NCBI GenBank assembly: GCA_937625935.1
Contig: OW569370.1
Span: 124,001 to 188,000, forward strand
DNA length: 64,000 bases
Direction of reading: 5' to 3'
Source: Tetramitus jugosus
Lineage: Eukaryota > Protista > Heterolobosea
The position numbers were made by a program, and so were the translations under genes. Positions 32,266-44,028 of the stretch are shown one piece after another. Each line of letters opens with the position of its first letter. Position 1 is the first letter of the stretch. Below the pieces are notes generated by a model. That model was not told the origin of the DNA. It saw nothing but the letters and a program-made list of their open reading frames with translations, and did not search any database.

Positions 32266-33645
32266 ATGCCGAGAACAAAAAACATCCAGACCGACATAAA
32301 GAACCAAAGCATGCACCAACCCAAGCATCGAAGGGAGTTGAATGCTTACTGTGCAGGATACTCCAAGTTTGATCAAACAGGATTCAATCGCTCCTACTAT
32401 GAACAACAGGGCACACTTGATAACTACCTGACATTTGAATCATCTGCAGACTCATCACCAGACCTTGTCCAGACTTTTGCTCGAGTGATACAATATGGAT
32501 CAATCGGTAAGGATTTCGAATCAGAGGAAGGCTTGTTTGCAGTGGGTGAATACGTGGTCAATGTCTCTTGTGGTGAGCGTTTTTCACTATTCGTGACTAA
32601 CCTTAGACGAGTGTTCTGTTGTGGTGATAATACACCTGGTAGTTGTGCATTACCCGAATCGGTTTCTGCTGTGAAACAAGTCACTTTGATACCAGGGTTG
32701 ACCAATTGTAATATCGTGGAGGTGAAGTGTGGCAAAAATCATTCCTTCTTCATTAGCGAAGGGTATGAGCATGTATATACTGCAGGGAGTAATGTACATG
32801 GCGAGAGTGGATTATCCATTGAATTGGAGAGCATTTTTGATGTGGAAAAATTGATCAGTATCGAAGGCAAGAAGTTGAAGCTTGTTGCACCTGGCGCGTT
32901 TCACTCAGTGTTTGTAACAGTTGATAATTGTGTCTATTCTTCAGGATACTGTGCTTTTGGATCCCTGGGTCAGGGGCATCAGTCTAGAAGCAGTAAAACA
33001 CCCGTCAGAGTGGATCATCCTGATCTCGGTGGACGGGCAGTGATCAAGTCTGTGGAATGTAGCCAATGGCATTCGATTGTGATCACACAACATGGATCCG
33101 CTTACTCTTGGGGTTATAACTTTTATGGTCAATGCGGTTTGAGTCATTCCTCTAAGGATGATGTACTAAGCCCCACCTTGGTTACAGGTCTTCCTCTAGG
33201 TGAAAGGGTTGCCTATGCAAGATGTGGCCTGTATTTCACAGTCTTCCTAGCAGAGTCAAACAAATTATATATTTGTGGGGAGAATCGTAGTACTTTGCAA
33301 TCAATGGCCATGGCAGAAATTCCTTTGTCTATTGGTACTGTGCTCGATTTCAGTTGTGGCGAAACTTATGTTGTGATCACAACAGAGGAAGGACCAATTT
33401 ATGTGAACGGTAGAACAAATTACTGCGGTAAAGGTCCGAGGGAAGATTCGTCTCAAGGTGGTGCGTTGATTGAAGTTAAATTGCCAGACGCTTCCCACAG
33501 TGTGTTCCGTGTTGCATGTGGCCCTGTTGGTTATCACACGTTATTGTACGGTGTCTCGAAACCTCGTTCTAATTGGTCAAGCAAGTTGTTTGCTGCCCAG
33601 CAAAAAGGTCTACTATGGGATGTCACTGTCCTTATGGATAACTAA
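32266..33645 (+). CDS. RCC1-repeat protein
   Basis: VSCGERFSLF, VKCGKNHSFF and YSWGYNFYGQCG repeats. Confidence 0.9.
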   Translation: MPRTKNIQTDIKNQSMHQPKHRRELNAYCAGYSKFDQTGFNRSYYEQQGTLDNYLTFESSADSSPDLVQTFARVIQYGSIGKDFESEEGLFAVGEYVVNVSCGERFSLFVTNLRRVFCCGDNTPGSCALPESVSAVKQVTLIPGLTNCNIVEVKCGKNHSFFISEGYEHVYTAGSNVHGESGLSIELESIFDVEKLISIEGKKLKLVAPGAFHSVFVTVDNCVYSSGYCAFGSLGQGHQSRSSKTPVRVDHPDLGGRAVIKSVECSQWHSIVITQHGSAYSWGYNFYGQCGLSHSSKDDVLSPTLVTGLPLGERVAYARCGLYFTVFLAESNKLYICGENRSTLQSMAMAEIPLSIGTVLDFSCGETYVVITTEEGPIYVNGRTNYCGKGPREDSSQGGALIEVKLPDASHSVFRVACGPVGYHTLLYGVSKPRSNWSSKLFAAQQKGLLWDVTVLMDN

Positions 33646-34206
33646 ATAATGATATCATTCCACAGGTTGCAAGAACGCTACTGTGAGGAATAGAGCTTTG
33701 ATTGAGTGCACTAACTAGGATTGAACATCCAAAGCAGTGTCTGGATGACCTCGCACACTTTTAGCAAAGGTACACCGTTCCAAGACAAAAGGCGTCACCA
33801 CGTTTTACAGAAGAATGGAGGAGAACACTTAAAAAGTAATTTTAACCGTGAAAAGAGATTGACCACTGGTTTCGAGGAAGGACTCAGTGTATGGTTGCAA
33901 GAAAATCACAGATGAAGCGAGACAAAACCTTCATCAAAAAGGTGGCTGAGCATTGTGAAGCGAATTCAATTACTCTCCGACTTGAATGACGAAAACCCCA
34001 ACAGCTTTAACTCTGTCAATAGAACTTTTTGTAAAAGGGAACAGTTTGTTGTATTTTTGAAACTTGTTGTTCGAAAATGAAGTTCCCTCACCCTCTGAAC
34101 ATGCACATGAAATCCCAAAAAAAGCCCCGACATCTCACATTAAACCAACGAAGAACAACCAAGTCAACAAGGAGGAACTTCAAGTGTGAGAGAAAGAGAG
34201 ACCATA

Positions 34207-36150
34207 ATGTCATCAAGAATGAGCTCCCTGCGAAAAAAAGTGAAGCCCTCGCTAGAAGAACGCAGAGAGAAAAACAGGCAACGCGTCCTTAGTATCTCCT
34301 TCATGTTTCCCACGGTTGAAATCGATGTGATTATTACTGCACTGATGACTTGTAAGGGCAACATGGAAAAGGCAATTTTGCTCGTTTCGGAATATGCTCA
34401 TAAAACGGACCAGCATCCAGAGAGACAACATCGCAATGGTGAAGAGGATGAGTCAATTGAATTTACAGTGGAAGAAGAGCTGGAACAAGGAGAAGAAGAA
34501 GAAGATAATGAATTGGTGTTAAATGATAGTGATGTGGAGGTAGATAATAATGACGAGGCAGCAGAAGAAGAGAGAAGAATGATGAATGAACAGCAAGAAG
34601 AAGCAGAGAATGGTAGTAACCAAGGTTTTTCGTTGTCTCAGTTGATTAATGATCATTATTTGATGGATGACAAGGAAGAACAACTAGAGAAGACTGAAAA
34701 ACAAATTGTAAATGAAGTGAATAATGAAAATGAGAGCTTATTGGATCACTCTGAAGTTCAAGTGGATACTACTACAGTGGCTCCAAATGCTGCAGTGTTG
34801 AGTGACAATGAAGATGTCGTTGCTCAACAAACAGCAATCATACAAATCAAAGACTTTTTTCCTGCACTGTCAGACTCGATTATACATGAAGCATTGATCA
34901 AGTGTCATCACAATGCAGATGACACGTGTGCATATCTTGTTGCTGAACATATGGAAGAGCCAGAAGAGGAGGCAGATTGGGAAATTATTGAGAATCCAGA
35001 ACAACGGGGCACTGCACTGTTCACGAGCAGCAAATGGTTAATTATTGATGACTATCTGGGAGATTCATTCGATCAAATGACTGAATCCATTGTGGCTCAT
35101 CACGATGAAGGATCCTCCAGTAACCTACAACAAGACCAAGAACAAGACCATTCAGAATCAGATTTTGAAGAAGAGGAACAAAGCGGTGGAGAAAGTGAAG
35201 ATGATGACATGCTAAGTGAAGGCGAAGAAGAGGAAGATGAAGCCTTGGAACTAGAGATTCTTGATACAACAAACTTCTCGTGGTTCCAGGAGGCAAAAGA
35301 AGCTCAGAACACATTCTCTAATTTGCAATATGAGCAAGATGAAACTCTCGCACGGTTATTGCAAGAGCAAGAATTTGCCAAGATTGAGCAAATGATCGAT
35401 TCTGCTGGTACGTCAAGGGTAAAACAATACCAACCTACCGCGCCCTACAACTTCCCCAATGGTAGAAAATTCAAGTTGGACTATGATAGATTCCATCCTG
35501 ATGTTTTCTGGCCTAATTCTCAACAAATGATTCAAAAGCAGGTGAACAACCTTGTGGGCGTACAGTACATTGTCCAAAACAACTTGCTGCGCAGATTTAG
35601 AGAGTACTGCAAGAAAGCAGATGATCCAATCATTCTCCTTGGCTATCACGGTACAAGAGAGACCAATATTGCGTCAATCAAGAAGCTTGGCTTGCTCATA
35701 CCTGGCCGAAACAATCACGGTGTATCAGTGGCCAACGGATCTGCTCTTGGAACAGGTATCTACGTGTCACTGAGCGCTCAACAGTCCATCACATATTGCT
35801 ACGGTGGTACCAAGCTGATTGCCTGTGCGATTGCTATCGGAAAGAAGTGTATTACAACAAAATGTGGTGATGTAATTGTCAGCTTCAATGAGGCACAGGT
35901 TTTGCCATGCTGGGAAGTCACATTCCGCAATCCATATCGCGTTCCAACTGTGTCTGTGAGTAGACCTGCTGCGCGTCGACGAACCACCACCGCGACACCT
36001 GCTCCACCAAGACCAACCTTTGCTCTCACTACGATACCAAAGAGACTTCGTGCAAAGAACAAGGACAAGGTACTAACCAAGAAGGAGAGACAGGAGAAGA
36101 AGCTGTACACAAAGAAGAAGACTTTATTCAAAAAGGGCTTGCTCAAATAA
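34207..36150 (+). CDS. CUE-CUE + acidic linker + PARP-like ADP-ribosyltransferase domain protein
   Basis: MFP...ALMTCKGNMEKAI and FFP...ALIKCHHNADD are CUE-like. LGYHGT...NI.SI...GL and G..LGTGIYVS are ART motifs. Confidence 0.75.
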   Translation: MSSRMSSLRKKVKPSLEERREKNRQRVLSISFMFPTVEIDVIITALMTCKGNMEKAILLVSEYAHKTDQHPERQHRNGEEDESIEFTVEEELEQGEEEEDNELVLNDSDVEVDNNDEAAEEERRMMNEQQEEAENGSNQGFSLSQLINDHYLMDDKEEQLEKTEKQIVNEVNNENESLLDHSEVQVDTTTVAPNAAVLSDNEDVVAQQTAIIQIKDFFPALSDSIIHEALIKCHHNADDTCAYLVAEHMEEPEEEADWEIIENPEQRGTALFTSSKWLIIDDYLGDSFDQMTESIVAHHDEGSSSNLQQDQEQDHSESDFEEEEQSGGESEDDDMLSEGEEEEDEALELEILDTTNFSWFQEAKEAQNTFSNLQYEQDETLARLLQEQEFAKIEQMIDSAGTSRVKQYQPTAPYNFPNGRKFKLDYDRFHPDVFWPNSQQMIQKQVNNLVGVQYIVQNNLLRRFREYCKKADDPIILLGYHGTRETNIASIKKLGLLIPGRNNHGVSVANGSALGTGIYVSLSAQQSITYCYGGTKLIACAIAIGKKCITTKCGDVIVSFNEAQVLPCWEVTFRNPYRVPTVSVSRPAARRRTTTATPAPPRPTFALTTIPKRLRAKNKDKVLTKKERQEKKLYTKKKTLFKKGLLK

Positions 36151-36239
36151 TTGTAAAGAATGCACTCTGATAGACAATGGAAGGATTGTTTTTTCGTGGA
36201 AAATGTTTATTTTACAAAGTATCGGAGACCCTTGAGAGA

Positions 36240-36974
36240 TTACTTTCTCTTGTCGGATGTCTTTGATTGGTCATGACCATAAACGGCCTCCGAGTAAGCA
36301 GCCTTTGCTTTTTCGCTCACTGTTGCTTTCTTGTCCATTGCTTCCTTCACGTCTTCCATCTTCTCCTTTGTATTTTCCCACACTTCTTCAGCCTTGTCCT
36401 TTGTTGCTTCCCAGACACCCTTTGCTTCTCTCTCGGTCTCGTTCATTCTCTGCTTTGCATCTCCCTTTAATTCTTGGTACTTGCCATATGCCTTGTCCTT
36501 CTCGGCGTCAAACTTCTTCGAGCTATCCTTATCCCAAACCTCTTCCTTGATGTCCTTGGCAACATCGGCAGCCTTGTTGTATGCCTTGTCGCCCAAGTCC
36601 TTGGCCTTCTCCCAAACATCTGATGCAACTTCCTTTGCATCTCTTTGGTATTCTCCGGTGTTGGACTTTGTTTCGGACCACTTGTCCTTCAATGTATCCT
36701 TGAACTCGGAGGCTCTATTGAGACCTTGTTGTCCCTTCTCTTCAACAAAGTCCTTGGCTTCCTTGCCAGTCTCGGCAGCTCTGTTCATGACCTTCTTTGC
36801 TTCAGATTCCATTTGGTTGACATTCTTCTGGAAATCGGATCTTTGGTTGAACATGATTCCATTCGAGAAATGGGCTTGTTGTTGAGGCAAAAGGTTGACA
36901 GCTCCAACGTTCTTGGATGAACTGGCAACGATGCTTCGTGATGCTGCAGAGAAAAGAATTCTTCTTCCAATCAT
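36240..36974 (-). CDS. Group 3 LEA-like protein with putative mitochondrial presequence
   Basis: R/S/A-rich N-terminus lacking acidic residues. K/E/A/D 11-mer-like repeats (e.g. WEATKDKAEEV, WENTKEKMEDV). Confidence 0.75.
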   Translation of the reverse strand: MIGRRILFSAASRSIVASSSKNVGAVNLLPQQQAHFSNGIMFNQRSDFQKNVNQMESEAKKVMNRAAETGKEAKDFVEEKGQQGLNRASEFKDTLKDKWSETKSNTGEYQRDAKEVASDVWEKAKDLGDKAYNKAADVAKDIKEEVWDKDSSKKFDAEKDKAYGKYQELKGDAKQRMNETEREAKGVWEATKDKAEEVWENTKEKMEDVKEAMDKKATVSEKAKAAYSEAVYGHDQSKTSDKRK

Positions 36975-37267
36975 TTTCGTAAGTTGTGAGATGAGTATTG
37001 TTTGTTGTGGTTATGTATTATACAAAGTATAGGATAGTATTTCACTTGGTTTGGAGTGTCAATTCATACAAACTCGCGTGGTTAAAATACCCAACTGGGT
37101 AGATCTGTAAATGTCACATAGTTGGCCCAGCAACGAAATTAGAATTATTTAACCTTCTTCGACCAACCCTTACAAAAATCTATTTTCGTTGTCCTTTGTC
37201 GCGCCATTTTCGCTGTTTACAACAATTGCAATGTGACTGTTCAATTACTTATTTTATTGAGTAAGAG

Positions 37268-39106
37268 TTAATTGACGACCGAGAGAATACCTGTGCTTTC
37301 AACATCGTAGTTACACAGCGTTCCATCTCTTCTCTTCGCAATGGTGAAGAATACAACCAGCGCATTAAACAAGTTTTCGTTTCCGGGGTTGCATTCATAC
37401 AACTTGCCGTCGCTGCAGACGCAAAAATGAGGTGGATATTCCTTGCCTCGAATCAAGTACAATCCCCTTTCAGGAAGGGACCATGGTCGCTTATCTAACG
37501 ATTTGTCCATGTAACAGTTGGAACTGAACTGATGTCCAAAGTGAACTCGAGGCAGGAAAAAGTCGAAAAACTTTTTGACAATGTGAACAACAATCTCTGC
37601 ATCGGTTGGCAGACCACATTCAACCCATTTCACATCATTGTAATCCGATCCGGCATTGAACTTGTAAGAGAGCATGAGCCTGTCCGTCTGCAACTCTTGC
37701 AATCGCTTAATCACATACCTACGTTCAGACATGGGAACATTCAAATAGCTCTCCATGATCAAACGATTCGTGAAAAAGGCAACTCTCTCCGGGTCCTGCT
37801 GTGATATTTTTCTTAATTCATAAATCACGTTTCTGAGCACAGGAGGTTCCTCGTACTGAATCTCTGAAAATCGGAAATTTGCTGGTACTTTGTGAGCACT
37901 TGTAATCGGATCATTCAAATTGTGATAGCAATCATAAGCATATAGACCATTCTTGGCAAAGTATTGATTAATAACATCACATTGCTCCAACAGTGTTGAG
38001 ATTCTGGCCGCGATCCACTTTCTCATCTCACCAGAGCACATATCAACATCAAACTGGTTAAGACCGAGCTCCTTGAGTGACTTTTGAGCTTCTTCCTCTG
38101 TCTGTCTCGTTTCATCCGTTGGTAAATCACCTGGCAACAGCACATATTCCTTCTCTTGTGCCTCTGATGGAAAATTAAACTGGTTAAACACATGATCCAT
38201 CTCACGAATGTGCTCCACTAATCCCTGTTGTTGAGCAATGGGAACAGGTTGTTGCACTGCTCTTGAACTTGCAAAATTGGTGTAGGCTGCAGAAGTCAAT
38301 GGTTGCTCTCTTCGCGAAAAGATGGTATTAAACAGCGATCGCTGCTGTTCCTGTACCTTCTCCTCTTGCGACGCTGTTTGTGCCGTCGTAGCCTCCTTTT
38401 TCTCCGCAACACCCGCCCTCAACGGTAATTCTCCGCTCTGCAATGCCCTTCTAATTCTCTGTTTGGATTCATAGGCATAGAGTGCCAAATCTCTCTGTGA
38501 TAACCCAAGTGCACGTGCATCTTCTGCACTTAGACCACTGCCACTCCACTCTCCGTTCACATTCACTGAACAAGGAACATTTTTCACAAGGTTCATAATG
38601 GTTTGTTGTCTCTTGACTTTTTCACCATAGAGTAATCTGCTCGCAGCATATGCAATCACACACAATGACACATAAAACAATGAATAACTCAAGAGATAAA
38701 TTCTCCGCTTCCACACGGCATGACTACCAAACAATAAGCTAATAATTTCACAACGATAACAAGTGAATGAGTGAGTGAGTGGATAGAGCTTGCAAAAAAC
38801 CAAAAAAAGTGATGATCCAAAAAACAGAGAGATCACAACAACAACAACAACATGATGCACATACTTGAAAAGTTGAGAGTGCATGAACAGGTAAAACAAT
38901 GTGCACAATACACTCGCATAGAATAAAAATTGCCATTTTCGAGTTTGTGACTTGTGCTCAGAGTGAAGATGTTGTTTGATGAGATCGACTTGACGAGAGA
39001 TGGGTGTTGTTTTTTGTTCTATTGAAGTAGTACTACCATTGGTTGCTTTTGTTGTTGTTGTTGTTGTTGTTGTCGATGGTTGGCGAAACCGTATTTGTTG
39101 ATGCAT
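37268..39106 (-). CDS. TMEM209: TMEM209-like nuclear envelope protein (probably one in-frame intron near 38755-38870)
   Basis: N-terminal TM helices. C-terminal W...LPTDAEIVVH, PPHF and G.ENLFNALVVFF match the TMEM209 family. Confidence 0.7.
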   Translation of the reverse strand: MHQQIRFRQPSTTTTTTTTKATNGSTTSIEQKTTPISRQVDLIKQHLHSEHKSQTRKWQFLFYASVLCTLFYLFMHSQLFKYVHHVVVVVVISLFFGSSLFLVFCKLYPLTHSFTCYRCEIISLLFGSHAVWKRRIYLLSYSLFYVSLCVIAYAASRLLYGEKVKRQQTIMNLVKNVPCSVNVNGEWSGSGLSAEDARALGLSQRDLALYAYESKQRIRRALQSGELPLRAGVAEKKEATTAQTASQEEKVQEQQRSLFNTIFSRREQPLTSAAYTNFASSRAVQQPVPIAQQQGLVEHIREMDHVFNQFNFPSEAQEKEYVLLPGDLPTDETRQTEEEAQKSLKELGLNQFDVDMCSGEMRKWIAARISTLLEQCDVINQYFAKNGLYAYDCYHNLNDPITSAHKVPANFRFSEIQYEEPPVLRNVIYELRKISQQDPERVAFFTNRLIMESYLNVPMSERRYVIKRLQELQTDRLMLSYKFNAGSDYNDVKWVECGLPTDAEIVVHIVKKFFDFFLPRVHFGHQFSSNCYMDKSLDKRPWSLPERGLYLIRGKEYPPHFCVCSDGKLYECNPGNENLFNALVVFFTIAKRRDGTLCNYDVESTGILSVVN

Positions 39107-39314
39107 TGGCGCTCTCTCGTTTCGTTTCTTCAAGATGTTGTTTTTGTTGCAGTCGGTGTTGATTTTGTCCGATCAAGAACAAAAAAAACTGCTTTGCTCC
39201 GCCATCACTGAGCGGCGAAAGAAAACATTTTTGAGCGCGATCACGCACAATAACAATCAACAACAACAACCACAACAACCACATCATCATCAGCACTACC
39301 ATACCAGAAGTATT

Positions 39315-41970
39315 ATGAGTAATAGAAAGCTTGCACAGGAAGTCGAAAGGACAGTCAAAAAAGTCAACGAAGGAGTTGAATTATTTGATGAGATTCTTGA
39401 CAAGGTATACAACGCTCCCAATGCCTCTCAACGGGACAAGTTTGAAGGCGAACTAAAGAAAGAGATTAAAAAACTGCAGAGACTCCGTGAACAAATTCGT
39501 GCATGGATAGGTGGCAATGAAGTGAAAGACAAGGCAGAATTGTTGGAGAAGCGGAAAGTGATTGAGGCACGAATGGAAAAATTCAAAATTTGTGAACAAA
39601 AGACGAAAATGAAGGCTTATTCGAAGGAAGCTCTAAGTCAAAAACAGATTCAGAGCAGGAAGAAGAGTAAGGTGATACCTGAGACGGAAGAGAAGAAGGA
39701 AGCAAAGAATTGGATCAGAGAGTGTCAAGATGCTATACAGCAACAGATTGGTATGATGATATGTTTTTTTCGATATTTGATATTTGATACTTGATGTTTT
39801 TCCATATATTGACTGACTCGATATTGCTTTTTTTTGGGTGCAATTATGTTTGTTTGTTGTTGCGATTGAACTGTTTTGTGAACAACAGAGGAATTGGAAG
39901 GCGAGTTGGAGGAACATCAGAAGGCTCGGAAACCTGACGTGTAAGTGAAATTGTTGTTGTTCTTGATTCTCTTCTTGCTTAATTTTTTTGAATCAAAAAT
40001 TTTGATTTTTTGAGTTGCAAACTTCATACTTATCGCTTACACATTTTGTTGCGCTGACTAGTGATGTGATTGAAACGTTCAAGAGGCGTATAAAGAGCCA
40101 TCAAAAGTATCTTGAAAAATTAGACACGGCATACATGTACCTAGAGGAAGATCAAGTCAAATTTGAAGATATCGAAGAAATTAAGGAAAGTGTAGAATAC
40201 TATGTCGATGAGAATTCGGAACCTGATTTTGTCGAAGATGAACTAGTGTTTGATAATTTGTTCAAGAAGGCTGAAGAAGCAGAATTGTACGATGATTTTG
40301 AAGATATTGAAGATGAGGTGATTATGGAGGGTAATGTGATTCAAGCACTGCCGGCAAATGCTGAACCTGTTGCCTCACTCAAGACTGACGAGGCCGATGT
40401 GTTGAAACTGGTGGACGACAATGCAGCCAAGCTGAAAGAGAAGCAGGAGAAGGAAAGACTGGAGAAGGAGAAGCTGGATCGCATTGAGCGAGAGAAGCTC
40501 GAGGAGATTGAAAGACAGCGGCTAGAGTTGGAGAGAATCGAACAGGAGAAGAAGGCTGCTGCCGCAAAGTCTGCTGCTGCACTTGCCAAGAAGCAAGCAA
40601 TAACTACGATACCACCAGTAGCAACAACGACGACAACAGTTCAACCCACAACAGCTGCTACCAAAACTGTCACGAGTCCAAAAGCAGCAACGAAGCAGAC
40701 AACAAAGCAACAAAAGGCTGCTGCAAAGGCCACAAAAGTGCAACCTCCTGCTCCCGCACCTGTTAAGAAGGTTGTGACACCTGAGCTCAATTTTGTTGCT
40801 GCCGCTGCGGCATCTCAGTCCCCAACAAAGACTGTAAAGCCTCAGACAACAATCTTGCCAAAGCAAACTACAAAGCCTGCTCAGCTAAACGTGAAGTCTA
40901 GCGTCTCCTATATTGATGCAATCAACGCTGGTGCACCTACCTTACCTATCACTCCTATTACCATTACACCAGTAACCATTACACCAAACTCGACCTCTGC
41001 TGGAAGCAAGGGTACCACACCAAGAACCGGTGCAAGTACCCCTCCTATCGAGCCAATGCACATCCTGAAGAACGATATGGCCGACATTACGATCCAAACC
41101 ATTCCAACAACTCCTGTGAAGCCAATCATTATGAACAAGGAGAAGAAGGCCCCACAGCCAACTGCTCAGTCTGGTGCTGGCTTCATTGGTCAGAACGTAA
41201 CAGATGATCAGAGCAATGAGGAGACATTTGGAAGTATGGCGATCGATATGGGATCACTGGAGCACATGGCATCGCGCACACAAGAGATGAATCAAAACTT
41301 CCAAATGGGAATGCCGCAAAGCATTCAGCCTCAGCATCCAATGACCTCCGTGTTGGGTGCTGTATCTGGAGGTGCAGGTGTGTCTCATATGGAATCAGGC
41401 ATGGGTGCAATGCAAATGGGTGGTATGATGGGAATGGCCAACTCTGTCGCTGCAAACATGGCTGCTGGATTCGCTCAATCTCCATCACCAACGATGCAGT
41501 CGATTCCAAGCACTCCGAGTATTTTGAAGCCAGACTCGTATGATTACAAGAGTGAGATGCTACAAGCCAGTTTGAACAATCTGCCTCACCCTGGTGACTG
41601 CGAACGTCCAAGACAGTACTCGCCTGTTAATCCATTTGATACGCCGAGCTTCTTCCCACAGGAGCAACTGCCTCTATTCAAGGATTCAGCTGTCTATACA
41701 ATGATGGATCCGGACACACTGTTCTTTATCTTCTATTTCCAACAGGGAACGTACCAACAATACCTGGCTGCCAAGGCATTGAAGAAACATGCCTGGAGGT
41801 ATCACAAGAAGTATCAGACATGGTTCCAAAGACACGACCCACCTACACATACAACAAACGAGTTTGAACTAGGAACATATGTATACTTTGACTATGAACA
41901 GGACTGGTGCCAACGAATCAAATCAGGTTTCCGATTTGAGTACGAGTACTTGGAAGATGCTGTTCTGTAG
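39315..41970 (+). CDS. CNOT3: CCR4-NOT subunit NOT3/5; exons 39315-39750, 39889-39940, 40062-41970
   Basis: RKLAQEVERTVKKVNEGV...ELKKEIKKLQRLREQI N-terminus. NOT box TLFFIFYFQQGTYQQYLAAKALKKHAWRYHKKY. Splicing keeps the frame. Confidence 0.95.
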
Positions 41971-42053
41971 GTTGAACCTGGGCTGCAGTGTGTGTACATA
42001 TGTTGTCAAATAGAGAGTAAATATAAATAATCTTATTCAAATGCATGGTTGTC

Positions 42054-43274
42054 CTAGTCTTCTTCACTCCATTCTTGAAGACCAAATAGCTTGTTGCCCA
42101 GCTCGGATGGCTGGAAGTTTGACTTGCCGAGCATCTCCTTGATGAACATTTCTCTACACTGATTGAATGTGGGTGCATTCTTTCTCTTGGGGAACATTTT
42201 CACATATTGCACATAACGGAACTTGTCCGAGTCGTTGGGAAAGTTACAATGAGGTAGTCTCGAGTCCCATATCACTAAACTACCTGCTCGCACAGGCACC
42301 TTGACACCTTGATCACACAATGGATCATTCTCTGGTACTGACACAAAATCGCGTGCTGCAAACTTTGTGGCATAGTACTCGCTGTTTGCTCTGGCCCATT
42401 CTTCAATGTGCTTATGAAATGATGGAACACAAATGAAGCCTCCATCACTCTCAGTCGCATCACCCAAGGCAATGAAGCCCTGCAGCTTACGGAAATTGTG
42501 CAACGTTTCATTGTTCTCGGTAATGAAAAATGAATCTGGGTTCGTTGCAATGAGATTATCGGCACCGCTCTTCTCCTTGATACACTTGTCCTTCTCTTCT
42601 TGCGAGAGCAATAGCTTAAATGGATTCATGTCCCAGTGCATCCACTTTTCTCGCGTGACATACTGAGGAAAGTCCTGCCTCGTAATACCATCCTTGAGCA
42701 ACACTTGCTTGGTTGGTCGAATGACACCGAATCGATCCAGCGACACTAACAATTGCTTCTGACCCAACAAGTGAGCAAAAACACGGTATAAATTCTCATT
42801 CTGTCGATTTTCAAAAGCACTTGCCTGAACAGCTACTTGTCCACCCAAGATACCTACCTGTTCCATCCGTGGATAGCCATTGTTTGGTGTCCAAGTCAAT
42901 GGGTCACTTCGATCGGCAGCAACAAAAGAGCTCGTGGCACGAATCATGCTCGTAGTATCAGCAGTAGCAGGATCTGTGCCCTCGATCACCCTCCATATGT
43001 CAGCCAACGAGTTGTCGAGCTGTTCCTGGTTCAGCACATCACGTATCACCACAAAACCATACGTTTCAAAAAATACATCAATGAGCCGTAGAGATTCCTC
43101 ACCGCCATTTAGGGAAAATGATTGAACGAAACGGGCGTCATCCGAATCGCGCGGTATGTGAGTAGGTAAAATGGAGGAGAAATTGATTGGTGGTTCAGGT
43201 GGAACAAAGGGTTGGGTAGGACTGGATCCCACACTGGCAAGTACTTGCTTGTTAGTTGATTGGCTTTGTCCCAT
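42054..43274 (-). CDS. Fe(II)/2OG dioxygenase, phytanoyl-CoA dioxygenase-like, with putative N-myristoylation
   Basis: FFETYGFVVI, HWD iron motif, LQGFIAL, GGFICVP and GSLVIWDSRLPHCN. Starts MGQSQS. Confidence 0.85.
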   Translation of the reverse strand: MGQSQSTNKQVLASVGSSPTQPFVPPEPPINFSSILPTHIPRDSDDARFVQSFSLNGGEESLRLIDVFFETYGFVVIRDVLNQEQLDNSLADIWRVIEGTDPATADTTSMIRATSSFVAADRSDPLTWTPNNGYPRMEQVGILGGQVAVQASAFENRQNENLYRVFAHLLGQKQLLVSLDRFGVIRPTKQVLLKDGITRQDFPQYVTREKWMHWDMNPFKLLLSQEEKDKCIKEKSGADNLIATNPDSFFITENNETLHNFRKLQGFIALGDATESDGGFICVPSFHKHIEEWARANSEYYATKFAARDFVSVPENDPLCDQGVKVPVRAGSLVIWDSRLPHCNFPNDSDKFRYVQYVKMFPKRKNAPTFNQCREMFIKEMLGKSNFQPSELGNKLFGLQEWSEED

Positions 43275-43620
43275 TGGAGTTTGTTTTTGTTTCTTTCCTT
43301 GCTATTGTTGGAAAATGAACACCCGGAACTTTTTGGGAACAGGAGGAGTTCTCACGGCATTCGCATCAGCTAAGCTCTAAGGTACGTGACTTGAACTCCA
43401 ACTCGCTCATCACTTGGAAATCGAGCGAGATTGCACAACAATTGAACATGTAAAGTTGTAGCTGAACATTAGCATGCAAAATGACGCAACTCCGGATGAC
43501 AACTCCGCTCCCAACGAATAACAAAAAAGTGAATCGTTCAAACGAAAAAAATCTTCTGAAACACAACAATCTCACACCACCCTCACCACATCATCCATTG
43601 ACATCACCAAAATCATCAAA

Positions 43621-44028
43621 ATGGCATCAACAGAACAAGACCGTCTTCAACTTGAAAAGGAACAAGAGTTAAAGCTAAAGCAAAAAGCTGGTGGATTGCT
43701 ACCAAAAGAAAACAAGCAAAAAAAATTTTTGCTCAAAAAGGTTTGTTGTCGTGTGTGCTTTTTTTTTCAAATGTTCAAAAGAACAACACATGTGACCAAC
43801 AACTATATACTATAGGATCGTCAATACTTTGACAGTGCTGACTATGTGATTGGAGGCAAACAAAATGAACAAAATCAAAAAACGATACCAAAAACCGTAC
43901 AAAAGGGAGAATTGCTCCATCCAAGTGCACGAAAGCTTTCACCTAGAAACGTGGAGCACGATGATGAGGAAGAGCAACAACAAGGTGAAGAACCAACAAC
44001 AACAACACAACCACTGCATCAACAATAA
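43621..44028 (+). CDS. ENSA: Endosulfine/ARPP19/Igo-family PP2A inhibitor; intron 43741-43815
   Basis: Splicing yields LKK-DRQYFDSADY, the Greatwall/Rim15 phosphosite motif. This motif is not visible in the ORF track. Confidence 0.88.

Noticed and set aside
31620-32372. Long antisense/overlapping ORFs (also 45614-46360, 36331-36885, 10535-11026, 21953-22396)
   Set aside because: These are shadow frames of real genes or low-complexity sequence, with no domain signal.
33721-34010. Short ORF remnants (FEEGLSVWLQE...SKRWL) faintly like a pogo/CENP-B HTH
   Set aside because: Too short and interrupted, with no TIRs or DDE domain seen.
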